Shown one piece after another: positions 26,101 to 44,668 of a stretch of DNA of 64,000 nucleotides; the first letter of the stretch is position 1; every line of letters begins with the position of its first letter. This stretch comes from Vitrella brassicaformis CCMP3155. Lineage: Eukaryota > Protista > Chromerida. The notes beneath the pieces are model-generated. The model worked only from the letters and a program-made list of their open reading frames with translations. It was not told where the DNA came from and searched no databases. Where the stretch lies: contig CDMY01000353.1 of assembly GCA_001179505.1 (NCBI GenBank), forward strand, positions 1 through 64,000, written 5' to 3'. A program made the position numbers and the translations under genes.

Positions 26101-29078
26101 CATGTGCAGTAAGGGCGGTTCGTCTCACGGCTCGTGGGGCAACAGAGAGGCTGGTGCAGAGAAGGAGGAGAGGTGTGGCTCTCTCGAGACACGCAAGCTG
26201 CGCATCGTCAACCTCCTCAAACTTGTCTTGGGGGCCGCATACGTGATTCTGGCTGTGGTGTCGCTCATCTCCCATTTCGTCGGCGCCCAGCAAATGAGCT
26301 TCATCACAGAGAAGATGGAAGATCTGGTGAGAGCCTCTCTCTGTCCGTTTGCCTCTGTGTCTCGTCCCTCCATCTAAATCCTCTGTAAGCTTTTTGTTTG
26401 GCTCACTCACAGGACCACCAGGGCGTCTTGTCACGCAAGTGGTCGTCTACGTGTGAGGAGATGAATCTGATAAGCATCTATCAGCAGACCGACCACGTTG
26501 CGCACCCCGAGGCGCTGGACCTCATCCACGAACAAGACATGCTGCTGTTTGCAAACGCCAACGACATCATCGACTCCTTCAACCTCTTGGCGGACAACTC
26601 TTTGAAGGAGGGCATGAAGGACCTTGTGAGCGTCATCAACCTGCCGAGCATCAACTTGACCACCTTTCGCTTCGACGGTGTGCGGGGCTGGGACTACGTT
26701 AACCTGCAACACCTTGTCGTCACCTTTGCCAGTGCATCCAGACAAGTGGCCGAAGGTCGGTCGGTGGCAGGCAGCACACCAACTGAATGAAGCAAGCTTG
26801 ACTCCAAACATGCCTGTTGTCTGCCCCCCATAGATGCGGAGGGCGGTGCAGCGTCGTTGACGACCCCCCACTACAAGCTGGTCTCGGAGGCGTGTATCGG
26901 GGAAATTCCTGAGACGGTGCTGCACATCGTGGAGATGCAACTCTCCCACGTGTCCGACTCAGTGGCGAGCGCCATCACCATCTTCTCGCTGTGGCACAGT
27001 ATCGTGGCGCTCTTCACGGTCGTGGCGTGCCTGGGCACCGCAAAGGTGGTGCGGCACCACCTGCGGGAGTACGACTCGTCTACTGAGATCGATGTAGTCA
27101 TACGGCTGGCCGTCGAGACGCCCATCAACGACAGGAAAAAGCTCAGAAGGATTTATAGGAGGTAATATGAGCATACGCAGCTGGACAGACTTCCTCCCTC
27201 ACTGTCATTCATGTGTTGCATGCCTTGCAGGCATCTGGTGAGCCAGAAGAACGAGGGGGACGTCGCGCGGACTGAGGAGTTCGAGACCTTCGACCCTCGC
27301 AACAACCAGCAGGCCATCGAGGAGGCGGAAGACACCGTTGTTGTTGAGCTATCTAACATTTTCGCCGAAGAGGAGAATCGGCCAGCCGCCAGTGACGACG
27401 CCACGCCGGCTGCAGAGCCACAGGCCCCGGAGAGTCCCCAGGAAGAGAGCCCCGCCGACAGACTGCCGTTGCCTATCTCGCCCATTATCCGACGGAGAGA
27501 CAAAGAGAGGGGCTCGCCCTCGCCCAGGAGAGACAGGGGCTCGTCGCCGCTCATACACATGAATACACGGACGTCGGAAGCCCCAATGTCACCGCCGGGA
27601 GAGCGTCTTGACCGTCGGAAAGTGTCCTTCCACAGAGCACAGGGGAAGGGACCAGTTACTGCGGTCCACGAGTACCCTGCCGCGCCGCTCTCAGGGGTGC
27701 AAAGCGACGCCGCGAGGAAGTGAGTGCACAGAGGCAAGACGATCAGCGATGTGCACACTCACTTCTTCTTCCTGTTAGGGCTGGCATAACGGCAAGTGGG
27801 AAGGATGTCCATCCTTCCAGGCAACAGAAGGCGATAAGGGGAAGCGCCTCGCCCACATCGTCGCCGACCAGTGAGGTCTCGCCAGGAGACAGAAGGCGAG
27901 GCACCCTGAATCAGGGGATGCTTCTGCGGCGGTCGAGTGTGGTCGTGATGAGCTGCCGCGAGAGGCTCCACAGGGCGTGGACGGCCGTCTACAAGGCGTG
28001 TTCGGGCAAATACTCCAGGTCAGTCAGAACGGCAGCCGCGAGGCCGGGAGGCGGTGGCTGGACTGGTTGGTATCTGTTGAATCCGCGTGCCAAACAGAGT
28101 GATGCTGCTATTCTGGACCGTGCTGCTGGCATATCTGATTGCGAAACAGGTCGCCACCACCACAATCATGAAGGCAAGCCGACACGAGATGCAGCGTGGT
28201 TGAATGGCTGCCGCGGAGAGATATCTTGTCTGTCCATTTATTTGTTGGTTGGTTGTTCAGAATTTGGCCGAGAAGAAGGAGGACCTCGCGATACTAAAAG
28301 AGGTGTGGGAGACCAGACCCGCAGACGGGAAGCTTTAGCACACAAGCATGGCATGCAATGCATTGGAGCCCTCTCGTTCATGTGATGTGCCTGCCTTCAT
28401 GCCCCTGCCTGCCACTCAGGTTCAGTTCCACCTCGCCCAGATGGCCGTCCTTGCCCCAGACGTCGTTGAACAACGCAGGTGTATAATCTATAGATACCTA
28501 CCTGCATCTCGGCAGTCCGAATGCATCTTCCACGTTCCCCAATGTCTCTCGCGTCTGTGTGATTGCGTGTGTGTGTGCGGTTTGTGTATGCAGGATGGAT
28601 TGGCGCCCCCTGGATCAGACCGCCGAGTTGTTGGCGGACTTTGGCCACGAGCTGGAGATCTTCAGAGAGGTGCTCAGCCGAGCCAACACGTGTGTGTCCT
28701 TTGTGCTTAATTGGTGGCAGTGTATGTGTGTGTGACGTGCAGAAGTTCTCTCTGCTGATGTGGTCGGGCGGGGCCAAAGCGGCTGCCAGGAGCTACGAGC
28801 CACGGACAAAGCTCTTGTTCGAGCCACAGTGCCTCCTCAAGCAAGAAAGTTGCGACGTACGAATGCGTATCTGTTTGTCTGTCCTCGGATGCCCGACATC
28901 CTCCGCACAGAGACAGGCCAATCATGTATGTGTCTCTCTCTTTCTGTGTCCATGCAGAATCGAACGCACCCCTTCCCTGGATCGGATCGCCTTGAGCACG
29001 GCCTATACGAGGCCATCGTCGTCTGGGCCCAGGTGAGGTGCATCGCAATCAATACGGTGCAAGAATCTATCCATCCAG

Positions 29079-29116
<38 letters not shown>

Positions 29117-30099
29117 TGTGTTGTGGATGTCTGTATGAGTGCAGGAGGGCGAGATGATGTTTGACCAGTATCATCTGCGGTACTTGCTGCAACATCCCCC
29201 TGCCGACCCGGTCGGCGGGCAGTCCCGGCTACGTCAAAGCTTGATACAGGAGATCCTCGACAAATACGAGGGCATCGACCTCGACACAATCAGACAACTG
29301 CCCAGAAAGTGCGTATGCGCCCAAGCCAAAGCCAAAGCCAGAGCTCCTCTTTGTGCACATATAACTTGCTCAGTTGCGCGCACCCTTCCTCTCTCTCTGT
29401 GTGTTCTTGTTGTATGTGTTGGCGGGCTGGTCTGTAGGATCACGTTCGATGAGCCAGAGCAGTTCTGGTTCACTGTCGGGGCCGTCGAATATGACCTCCA
29501 CGACGGGCTGGATGAGCTCAAAAAGACATTCCTCGACGTACGCAAGCCAAAGGACCAGCCAAACAGACCGATACATGTCCTGCACGCCCCTGCACGTGTG
29601 GTGGGCAGGAGGCCAACGACGAGTTGCAGGGGAGCCTGAGGCTGTCGTGGTTGCTGACGGGGGTGGCGCTGTGCGTGATAGTGATCGCGGTGATATGCTT
29701 CATGTACCTGCTCGACGGGCTGAGGAACAACGTCCTCATGTCAACCACAATGCTCCGCACCCTCCCATGGCCCATCGTACACCACAACGAGGTACGCCCT
29801 GCACTTGCCCACAAGATAGAGACATACACGGGCGTCTCTCGACGTCTGTGTGCCATCGATGGATGGATGGACATGTGCAGCTGATCCACAAGGTGTTCCA
29901 CACGGAGAATAGCGAGGAGGACAACGAGTCGCTGGAGGACGCCGAAGACGCCACCAATGACGACACCCAACACTATACACACACATCCACCACACAAGCC
30001 AGGAGGCGCACCAGCGTCTCCAGCACACAATCCCACAGCAAAGGCAAGGGCGATCAGAGGGAAGGAGCAGGCAAAGACAAGGGCAAGAAGCGCCCATGA
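23158..30099 (+). CDS. TmcB/TmcC (tiny macrocyst)-like large multi-pass membrane protein, ~25 exons
   Basis: An N-terminal TM cluster (VFVLEFVQLVPL; PFYEDFTNRLRLG), then a TPR-like cytosolic block (LYLK; ALERLMEFWKQL; ADSAYKHLTVNF...NYASFLRSVYQDPVRA). Further TM/extracellular repeats follow, ending in LMSTTMLRTLPWPIVHHNELIHKVF. The apparent stop at 27721-27723 lies inside a gtgagt...ttag intron, so one gene runs to 30099. Confidence 0.7.
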
Positions 30100-30587
30100 C
30101 CTTTGTCGTGCACCTTGTGGCCTGTCGCTCTCTCTCCCCCCTCTGCTGTCTTACTGCGTGGAGCCTTTATCCCCAATCAATTCCATGTGTGGTGTCCACT
30201 TTTTTCGTAAGGGTTTGAGGCCTCTTTTTCATCCACACACACACACAGACAGACAGGCAGGCAGACAGACAGACAGCGTGTGTGTGATGCGTCTTCCGCC
30301 GGTGTCTTTGAAGCGGGGAGCCGTGCGCTGCCGCTGGCCTGCCTTACGTACACAAGGCGGCACACCTGCCTGACGTGCCCATACGCCGTGATGGCTTGGC
30401 TGACTTTGTTGGGTACGTATGTATTAGGTCACTTTGTGTGTCGTTCCAGGCCCTTGGTTGACCGACAGACACGTACGTGGGCGTCTACATGCATTCCAGA
30501 CGAGTGTGTACTCGAGTGAGCGGTGTCAGTGAGTGACACCGCTCTGTCTGTCTCTGACTGACCCTTTCTTGCTTGAGTCCTTTCTAT

Positions 30588-31683
30588 CTATTCATCCTTG
30601 TCTTTGCCATCAGTCTCATCTGTCAGAGTCCAGGCATACAGTCTGTCGATCCACTTGCACCACACAACGCCATAGGTGAGCCAGGCGGCCATCGCCAGAG
30701 AGGCAGCCAGCCACGGTATCAGCTCGAAACACACACGGGGCACACCACAGGGAAGCGATGACACAACTGACAAATAAGTACACAAAGGTTGACACCACCA
30801 GGTACGCACCCACCGCACAGAAAGGGATACAAACATTGCTGTCACGTCCGCGTGATCCTGCTGGTTGCCCACCGATATTGAATGGCACCGGCTCCTCCAT
30901 CAAGCGTGGATGCGCCGGCACGCCTCTGACTCTTCCCTCCACTTTGAGCACGTAAGCATCCCCACCACATAGCCCTTCATGATGGGCGTATGCATCCATG
31001 GGCCATGTGGGCACCCTCTGCCCCTCCCACATGACCGCCACATCGGCATCGGTGCTGAAGGCGATCTTGTCCTCTGTGTCCAGATGGTCCACGGCTGCCG
31101 CACAAACACATAGATCCCACTACGTGTTGTGTTGTGCAGCAAGTCAGTCAGGTGGCATCGCTCCCCCCTCACCTATCGAGTAATCGAATGTCGGCGGTGA
31201 CGTCCTGAGATGGGTCGGCAGCTCGTTAGCAAAAGACAGCTTCATCACAACCGGCGACTGATTTATAGATACAGCAACCGAACCAACCGAATGAACGTCG
31301 CATTGCAATCACAGCTGCCTGCCTGCAGGTACTCTTACCGTGCCCAGGTATGACGGTTTGATTTCGTAGCGCATCATTGGCTCCAGCGAACACCGCAACA
31401 ATGCAAACAGAGTGCTCAAACCTGCAATAACGTCCAGTCCACCACCAGAAGCGGATGGATGTACAGAATGCTGATGACAGTGATGTGCCTCCACCGTACC
31501 AGGGACGATAGAACGGGTTTTGAGTTCTTTATCTGGCAGCAGGATGGGCAGGAAGTCCGGCATGTCGGCAAGGGACACCCTCACCTCCTCCCGCATCAAC
31601 GGCGTGCAGATCTGCCACAGGGGGAGATCGTTCGCCTCTCGCAGGGTCTGTGCTTCACTGCAACGCTCTTTGGTGATACCCAC
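30588..31683 (-). CDS. Hypothetical protein with C-terminal transmembrane segments
   Basis: Spliced frame ...MMRYEIKPSYLGT|SPVVMKLSF...|AVDHLDTEDKIAFSTD...YVLKVEGRV...AVGAYLVVSTFVYL|FELIPWLAASLAMAAWLTYGVVW...DKDE*. The start codon is uncertain. Confidence 0.5.
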
Positions 31684-31738
31684 AATGGCGACGGCGTCCT
31701 GAAAAGGCCAATTCGATGCTCAGATCTGAAGCGATCAG

Positions 31739-33265
31739 ATGGAATCGCGCGCGCAGGCGAGAAGAAGGCAAGCTGGGATGCATTGGGTCCTTCAAATCGG
31801 AGGGCTCGTTCCCCTCATCGCTCTCGCCAGCTGCGACCGTCCCCCTATGTCATTCATTCAGCTGAGGCCGCAAGGCAGACCAGCGTTCTTGGCACGCGCC
31901 ACAAGGACAGCCAAGGATGCGCAGAAGACAGCCGCCGTGCCTTCACTGGAGGAGCTGCAGCAGATCCAAAGCGTCGCTGAGGTGAGAAACGCACATTGAT
32001 TGAGATGATTACCGACTCACACACCAATGATCGATGGCTTTCTTTCTGTGTATTGTTTATGCAGGAGGCCGCGCGCGCAGCGGGTCGGATGATTCTGTCC
32101 AAGGTGGGCGCGTCGGTCAAGGACACTAAGCTCAACACCAAGGACCTAGTCACAGAAGTGGACGCCGCCGCCCAGGAGATCATTGAGGGCTATGTGAGGG
32201 ACCGCTTCCCATCACACGGCGTGCTGGGGGAGGAGAGCGTGCCGCCTGGAAGGTGCTCAAGGACAAGGACGGGTGCATGCGTGGGTGCTGGATTGATGGA
32301 TGGATAAACGTATGTGTGTCGTGTCTGTCTGTCAGAAAGGAGAGTGAGAAGGCGCTGCAGGAGATTCTGGGGAAGTATGAAGTCTGCTGGATTGTGGACC
32401 CGATAGATGGCGAGTAAATAATACCAACAAGCAAGGAAGGATGTCACATCAAGGCAGAGAGAGAGATGCGTGTGTCTGTCTGTCTGTCTGTCTGCACTGC
32501 GTGGTGGCCACTGCAGGCACCATCAACTTTGTCCACGGCCAGACCCTGTCCACCGTGTCCATCGGCGTAGCCTTTCAATCAGAGGTGTTGATTGGCGTCA
32601 TCTACGACCCTTTCCTTGACGAGATGTTCACAACCATCAAGGGGCAGGTATGGTGTGCACGAACCAATGACGCACGCACACGCACACACGCGCGTGCCTG
32701 CCATTCCTCTGTCAGGGTGCGTATAGGAACGGCGCCCGTATCAATGTTGGAAGCGAGGCGACGCTCCACGAAGCTGTAGTGGCCACAGGTGGGTGGGTGC
32801 CAGCCACTCAATACACAACACGACTTTCTACGCACACCACACTGATTGCTTTGGTCAGGCTCGCCCCCCGCCCCCCGGAATCTAGCACCGATGCTGCGGG
32901 GCATCGTTGGGATAGCGCCGCTGTGCCGCACTCTGAGGGCGTTGGGGAGCGCCGCCATCATGTACGCATGGGTGGCCTGTGGGAGGCTGACATCCTACTT
33001 CGAGGTCGACCTCAACAGCTGGGACCATGCCGCAGGTCAGCCAGCCAGGCGACTGAAACACAGAATTGTGATTGCACCCATACGATCTGTGTGTGGCTGT
33101 GCAGGTGTGCTGTTGGTGACGGAGGCCGGCGGGAGAGTGACCGACATCGATGGGTCGCCGTACACCATAGCCACGCGGGCCATCGTGGCGTCGAATGGGC
33201 TCACCCATAACGAGACCAGACAGGCGCTGGTGGACGCCGACTGCATCAGAACTGACCCTGCATGA
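31739..33265 (+). CDS. Inositol monophosphatase family protein (IMPL1/SuhB-like), likely plastid-targeted
   Basis: DLVTEVD, VLGEES, WIVDPIDGTINFVHG, GVIYDP, RALGSAA...VACGR, WDHAAGVLLVTEAGG. The N-terminal leader has a hydrophobic segment followed by SF and a basic transit-like peptide. Confidence 0.92.
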
Positions 33266-34014
33266 GTAACTGATGGATCTGAGGGCTGTGGACGTATGTG
33301 TCTAGAGATGCATGTGCTCATGGGATTAGTAGGGACATTTGTGTCGTGAGCAGAGCAGCTTTGGACGGTAGGTAGAGAGGAACGGGGTGCAAGTGGGGAC
33401 AACACCAACACATGAACTTGAACTCGGTAGGTAGCTCAAAAATCCCTTAGGTGTATATGTTTGTATCGTATCGGTCTCTCCAAAACCAACAATACCCATG
33501 GATAGCTAGCTGCATGCCCCAGGTCACTCCGTTCCTTCGTGGCCCCTTCTGTGTGGACGACGAGGTGTCAATGCCCTCTTACTTACCATCCTCCCCACTC
33601 TCAGGAGACTGGCTCAGTACGACAGCACCGTCAGCCCGTCGTCAACGCCTCAGGACCCACAGCAGAAACGAGCAACACCACTCACTCACTCATACGTCTG
33701 CCTTCCCATCTATCCCGTCTGCACATCGCTATTGCCCATCCATGTTCTCTACAGAACGAGCACGGCACCCATCCATCCATCCATCCATCCATCATCGCGC
33801 ACACAAAAAGGGCTGGCCAGCCAGCCAGCCAGCCGGTCGATCGGTCGGTCGGTCAGAGCCGCTTCACAGCCAACTCTCGTCGGTCAATCGAGTTCACTGC
33901 ATTCTCAGACATAGGCGAAAGACAGACACACGCAGAGCAGAGAGGGAGAGGGAGAGGGAGAGAGAGGGAAGGAGAAGGACAGATGGGCAAAACCGCCACC
34001 GTCCGTCCGTCCGC

Positions 34015-35064
34015 TCAGACGAAGGGGAAGGGTTTGTCCGAGAGGAGGTCGCCCACGACCAGCCCGAGGATGCCCATCTGCGCCAGCCTGCCGTTGTTGA
34101 TCTCCTTGTCCTGATATTCACGCAACTTGGCAGGGTCGCTCTCTCGGAACCTTCACACACACACACACACACACACAGAGCCCATTTCGTCCTTCCACCG
34201 AGGCCTCAGCTGTAGATCTGTGCATTCATGCATGCTTACCACCAGCCGGGCTGGATGTCGCCAGGCTCAGCGTCCTCATCGGTGAACTGTCTGCTGAAGA
34301 CCACGGCCTCGAGGAAGGCCTGGAAGGCCAGGATCTGCGCGATGCCCGCTGCAGGCATCTTGCCAGAGATGATGGCGTCAATGCCGGGCGGCACGTCGGT
34401 GAACTTGAGGTTCAGAGAGCTGGACAGCAGCCCGGGGAACTGGTAGTAGAAGGGAACGACTGGCAGAGAGAGGAGAGACACCAGACAGACAGGGAGGGAG
34501 AGAGAGGCAGAGATTGTGTTGCCTTTGATTTGTGCGTCCCGGGCTGCTCACTGTAGCCGAGGACAGCGAGCATCGCCAGTCTGCCGTGCTTGATCTCGAT
34601 GGCCCTCCACTTCTTGTAGGCCGCATCCTCGGGATCTTTGTCCTGCACAACACAACACACCCCCACACACACGAGCCACCCCGCGCACATTGAGTGCATG
34701 TTGGCACACACACCGGTGCATCACACATCATAGGCTGGCTGCCCACCCACCGTGAAGATGTTGAGGGGGTCGAAGTACCCGAGTGGCGGCAGCACGCCGG
34801 GCTCGCTGTCGAAGGCGCTGGTCTTGGTCGCCATCTCCAGCTGAGACCTGGCAGGCGACGTCCGAGACCTGCGCAAACGGAACACAACACCCACCCAGAT
34901 CAGCGACGCAGCCCCTTTGCTAGTGGCATCCTGCACCGTTCTGCGCGCGCGTGTGTGTACCTGAGCGTCGGCAGCCTCCCCGCTGATGGGACGAAGGCCT
35001 CATCGCTGGCCGCGCACACAGATGCGACAAGGGCGATGCAGACGGCTGCAATGGCGGACTTCAT
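34015..35064 (-). CDS. Lhc: Light-harvesting chlorophyll-binding (LHC/FCP-type) antenna protein
   Basis: Signal peptide MKSAIAAVCIALVASVCA...AF, GVLPPLGYFDPL, helix 1 WRAIEIKHGRLAMLAVLG, helix 2 QILAFQAFLE, helix 3 YQDKEINNGRLAQMGILG. Confidence 0.96.
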
Positions 35065-35185
35065 GACGCTGGGAGAGGAGCGCGGAGGCCGGACCGACGG
35101 ATCTGAGATCTGCAGCAGCGGTTTCACAGGGCGCAGATCTGATTGGCCGAGCGGTTTCATGGAATGCCCTAGCAGCCAAGAGGCG
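35065..35185. promoter_or_regulatory. Putative bidirectional promoter between Lhc and gatC
   Basis: 121-bp spacer between divergent ATGs with AGATCT at 35106 and 35135, GCAGCAGCGGTTTCAC at 35112-35127 and a second GCGGTTTCA at 35151. Confidence 0.55.
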
Positions 35186-36024
35186 ATGCAGCTGTTTGTT
35201 TCTGTCTTTGCATTCATTGCCAGGGCGACGGCAGTGCTGCACGAGTCGCCTGGTGATGATCTCTCAGCCTTCATCCCGTCCTCGCCACTGATGGGCGGTA
35301 GATCAGCCTTCACCAGCCGACCTCATGCCGACAGGCGGTGGAGATGGAGCCGGCGAGGCAGATCCATGCCGCTGCATGCGCAAGGAGGTGACGAGATGGA
35401 TGCACACTGTGATGTGTGCATGTGTTGGTCTGTGGCTGGTCTGTTTGTGCAGGTGGAGAGGCGAGTGATGCTGCTGTGGTTGTGGACGAGGCTTTGGTGC
35501 GGAAAACGGCCGCCCTGGCGCACCTCGACCTCACCGATGACGAGGTAAGTGAAGTCGGGCAGAACATGGCGGGCCATTTGTTTGCAATCAATGCATGTGA
35601 GGTGTTCGCGGCCTTTGTGTGCGTGAGGTGTCGGAGATGGTGCACCAGTTCAAGGACTTCCTCCGCTTTGTGGACGACATGAAGGCCATCGACACGTCGC
35701 AACTCGACGTCAGCCCGCGCACACACCACACAACACGTGACGAACTCACTCCGCCATCTGGGTGCGCGTGTGTGGTGGGTGTGTCAGATTGATGTGATGT
35801 CGCCACGCGCGTCGGTGCCCTACCGCGACCCACTCAGGGAGGACACAGTGCAGCCGTTCGACAACAGGGTGAGCTCACTCACACACACACACAAGGGGGA
35901 TGTGCGTGCGTCGTGAATGTGTGGTGTGTGTCTGTTGTGTGTGCAGGAGGCCATCGTTGCGAACATGCCCGAGGAGGAGGACGGCTTTCTGCGGATACCC
36001 AGGGTCGGCGAGATCGAAGACTGA
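35186..36024 (+). CDS. gatC: Glu-tRNA(Gln) amidotransferase subunit C, plastid-targeted
   Basis: Bipartite leader (SAFIP), then VVDEALVRKTAALAHLDLTDDEVSEMVHQFKDFLRFVDDMKAIDT...LREDTVQPFDNREAIVANMPEEEDGFLRIPRV. Confidence 0.9.
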
Positions 36025-37295
36025 CTGACTGACTGATGGGCGGATGGCCGGGGACGCGTTGTACAGACAGACGCTGTGACGTGATGCGGGTGACAGACGG
36101 ATGTATGTGCGCTCTCGTGTTGGCCTCGTCACCGTCAGGCTGTTGAGGTCTGCGTCTGCGGCGGTTGCGCGGCTGTCGACGCGAACATCAACAGCCACAT
36201 GCACTGACGAGGCCGACACGGACGCATCCATGCAGGGTGTGTGTGTGTGTGTGTGACCACTCCAGCACCAGGGTTTTGTCCGCGTCCTCCTGACGGTGGA
36301 GTTGAAGCGACTTCCCTCGCAATCAGCCCCACCATCAGGGGTTCGTGGCATGAAACGCTGATGCAGGAGAAGGAGAGGTGTGTGTGTTGTATAGCCGTTT
36401 TCTCGTATTGGTCGGTGTGTGGCGTGTTTGTCTCGTGTGCAGCTGACTGAAGGGTAGGTTGCCAGTTGGGGCATCGATCGTTAGGTGCACCAGCGTGCCA
36501 ACTCTGGTTTGGTCCGATGGATGATTGTCCGGCTGACTGACTGACTCATCGCTATCTTTCACGCACGAGGCGCTCATTTAAATGAGACACTTTTGTAGAG
36601 TCCATGTATATACAAAAGAGTCACTGTACTTACTGTATATACTCATACAGACAGACACACGACACAAACATCCACCGTCATCGGCATGACACTCCCCCTC
36701 TCCCACAAGGTTTTTTCTCATCATGCCATCACAGCTCTAGCAGCTCTAGCACAACACACCTCTGGGCTCAAGTGCAGAGCGCATGCGTCATGCAGTGCAA
36801 AGTGAGCAGAAAGACCCTCTCTCCCCACTGTTGTTTGTGGTCTGCCCGTCCTCACACTCATACCTTATGGCATCAATCACAGCATAGAAGAGAGCGAATG
36901 CAGAGAGCTCACTGACCGCTCCCCTTCGAAAAACAGAGGAGCCCCAATTTTTGAATCAACGCGAACCGGTTCACGGGCGTCCGCACCCCGGTAGCTCGCA
37001 AATGACGAGAAAAGGACAGAAATAGGACAAATCGACAGGGTGAGATACACAGGACTTATAGCGCACTCACAAGTCGCCCATTGATACCCGATTGATTCAT
37101 TATATCTGTTGCAGATCTCGTACGCAGATTCAGGAGGCACCGCCTGTCGCCGACGTCTGACTGCCGTGAGGTCAGCGGAGCAGCTTAATGCACATCCATG
37201 GTGCACTGCTTGTTATTGCTTATGGTCTGTCGTCTGGTCAGGGAAGCCGTGCTCGCGCCGTTCTGCCTCACCCGAGACGATGAAACAAAGGACTC

Positions 37296-38326
37296 ATGAA
37301 GCGTTTGTTGGGCGTTAGTTGTCTTGTCCTGCTGTTCCAACTTGGACCTCACCCCGCGATTTGTTCGCCTTCCCTCCCCTCGTTCGTCCACCCGGCGCGC
37401 GTGAACGCTCTGCGCAGCCGGACGGTACGACCCTGTGCCACAGATGGCTGTGAGCACAAGACGCGGCTTGAGGCGACTCGGGCGCATCGGCTGGTCCGCT
37501 TCTTCCGGAGAATCGAGCTGCCGGCATTCGGCGAAACCCGTCGGCTGCGAGAGATGGTGCATGCCACGAATAAGCAGCGGCCGTTCGACCGCATCTGGCT
37601 AGCGGAAGAGCATGGGGGGCTCAACTGCAGGGGGACCTTCATGGTGCTGATGGATTGCGCATTGGAAGACGTTGGTACGTCAGAGAGGGGGTCTGCTGAC
37701 CTGTGTGTGACGGTATGTATCTATGTGTGTGTGCAGGCCTCACGACGAGGGGACCCCCCGACCCTGTGCGCCAGAATATTAAGGCGCTCGCAGAGGTCTA
37801 TGCCTCTCGGCCCTTCAGTCACATCGAGGTCTCGGCCAGGGCACTTGAGCGGATCTGGCAGCAGTGCTGCAAAGATGAAAGGTCCGAGGCAAGTGCGGAC
37901 CGACGAACGTATGGTGACCATCTGTGTGTGTGTGCGCGTGGTGGCAGGGACTTCGAACAGTTCTACCTCGACATGTGGAGTCAGATTAACAACGGAAGTG
38001 GTGCGCACAGCGCCGACTAACGAACGAAGGAAAGCACTCGCGCTGGACACAGCTACATCCATCCCTTTTGTGTGGGGCCGGTGTGTGTGTGTGTGTGTTT
38101 GTGTGTGTGTTTGTGTGTGTGTTCAGAGGCGCATGTCCAGGAGGCCTACGGTGTCCCCCTGTGGATCGAACTCGAGGACGAGTCCAGCCTGGACACCATG
38201 CATATGATGGCCGAAGAGCTGGACGTGGTGGCCATCTCGGAGAACCGCTTGGGCAACTGGGAGATTTCAGACGAGGAGCCAGACCCACACGCGCTTTACT
38301 GCGACGTCGTAGAAGGAGACAAATAG
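37296..38326 (+). CDS. Hypothetical protein with signal peptide plus transit-like peptide (putative plastid)
   Basis: MKRLLGVSCLVLLFQLGPHPAICSPSLPSFVHPARVNALRSRTVR leader, four or more spliced exons, acidic C-terminus. No family recognised. Confidence 0.6.
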
Positions 38327-38854
38327 ACCAGACAGACAAATCCCGAACACCCGACGGCGGGGGGCGGGGGGATTTTAATCATGCAGTCAGTGACTTGCAA
38401 GGTAGTGAGGGAGTGAGCCAGCAAATCTGCCCACGGCCAGCAGTGTTTTATGGCGTGGTGCGTGTGAGAGAGAATGTGTGTGTATGTCATCAGTGGTTGG
38501 GGCTTGGTGGGGCCGATTGGTGAGGGGCGGATTGAAGCATAGGTCTCCTTCCTGTTTGTGTGTGTACATAGATTAGATTGGTGACTTCTGGCTGGCACGG
38601 CACGGGACACACTGGTTCCCTGTTCAGACGCTATTCATCAACATCGATCACAGTTCTTCTGTGCCAGCCAGCTGACGTGTTTGTTGATTGCACTGCACAC
38701 GGTCTGTCGGTGGCAGGCAAAGACCGACAAACAGATTATTGACTGTCGCGCATGGCATGCACACACAAGAGTTACTTACGGGGTATTCACAGAGACACAC
38801 GACACACGACTATACCAACCGTCACATAAGAGGCATCAATCACATCACGTCACA

Positions 38855-44258
<5,404 letters not shown>

Positions 44259-44668
44259 TTCCAGACCACAGATAGGCGTCGAAAAAGATCAGACCAGATC
44301 AGCAGGACTTAGCTGACCTGATGAATCACAGATCCCGTCAGGTGCTTCCTCATTGGCTGTCGACGATGAATCTTCTCAAGATCTGTGCTTCCTATAGCAC
44401 GAGGCAGCGTCGCTGGCACCACTTCAAAAGCCTCCTTCTCCAAGCAACACCTTTAAACATGCGAGCTGAGAAACGACCCAAACTACAAGATGAAAAGGGC
44501 GAATTGAGAGCGTTGTGCTGCAGTCTGGGCAGTCTACATTGCACCCCTTGAGTTTTTGGTTCGTCGTTGGCTTCGTCCTCTCTGCTTTCCTCACCCCAAC
44601 TTCAGCCTTCCCGCAGTGCAGAGCGGCCCAAAGCGGCTCGCATCTCAGCTGCAGCGACCCAATTAAGG

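Noticed and set aside
27721-27723. Apparent stop splitting the 23-30 kb region into two genes
   Set aside because: The TGA lies within the gtgagt donor of an intron. Splicing AA|G restores the frame into AGITASGKDV.
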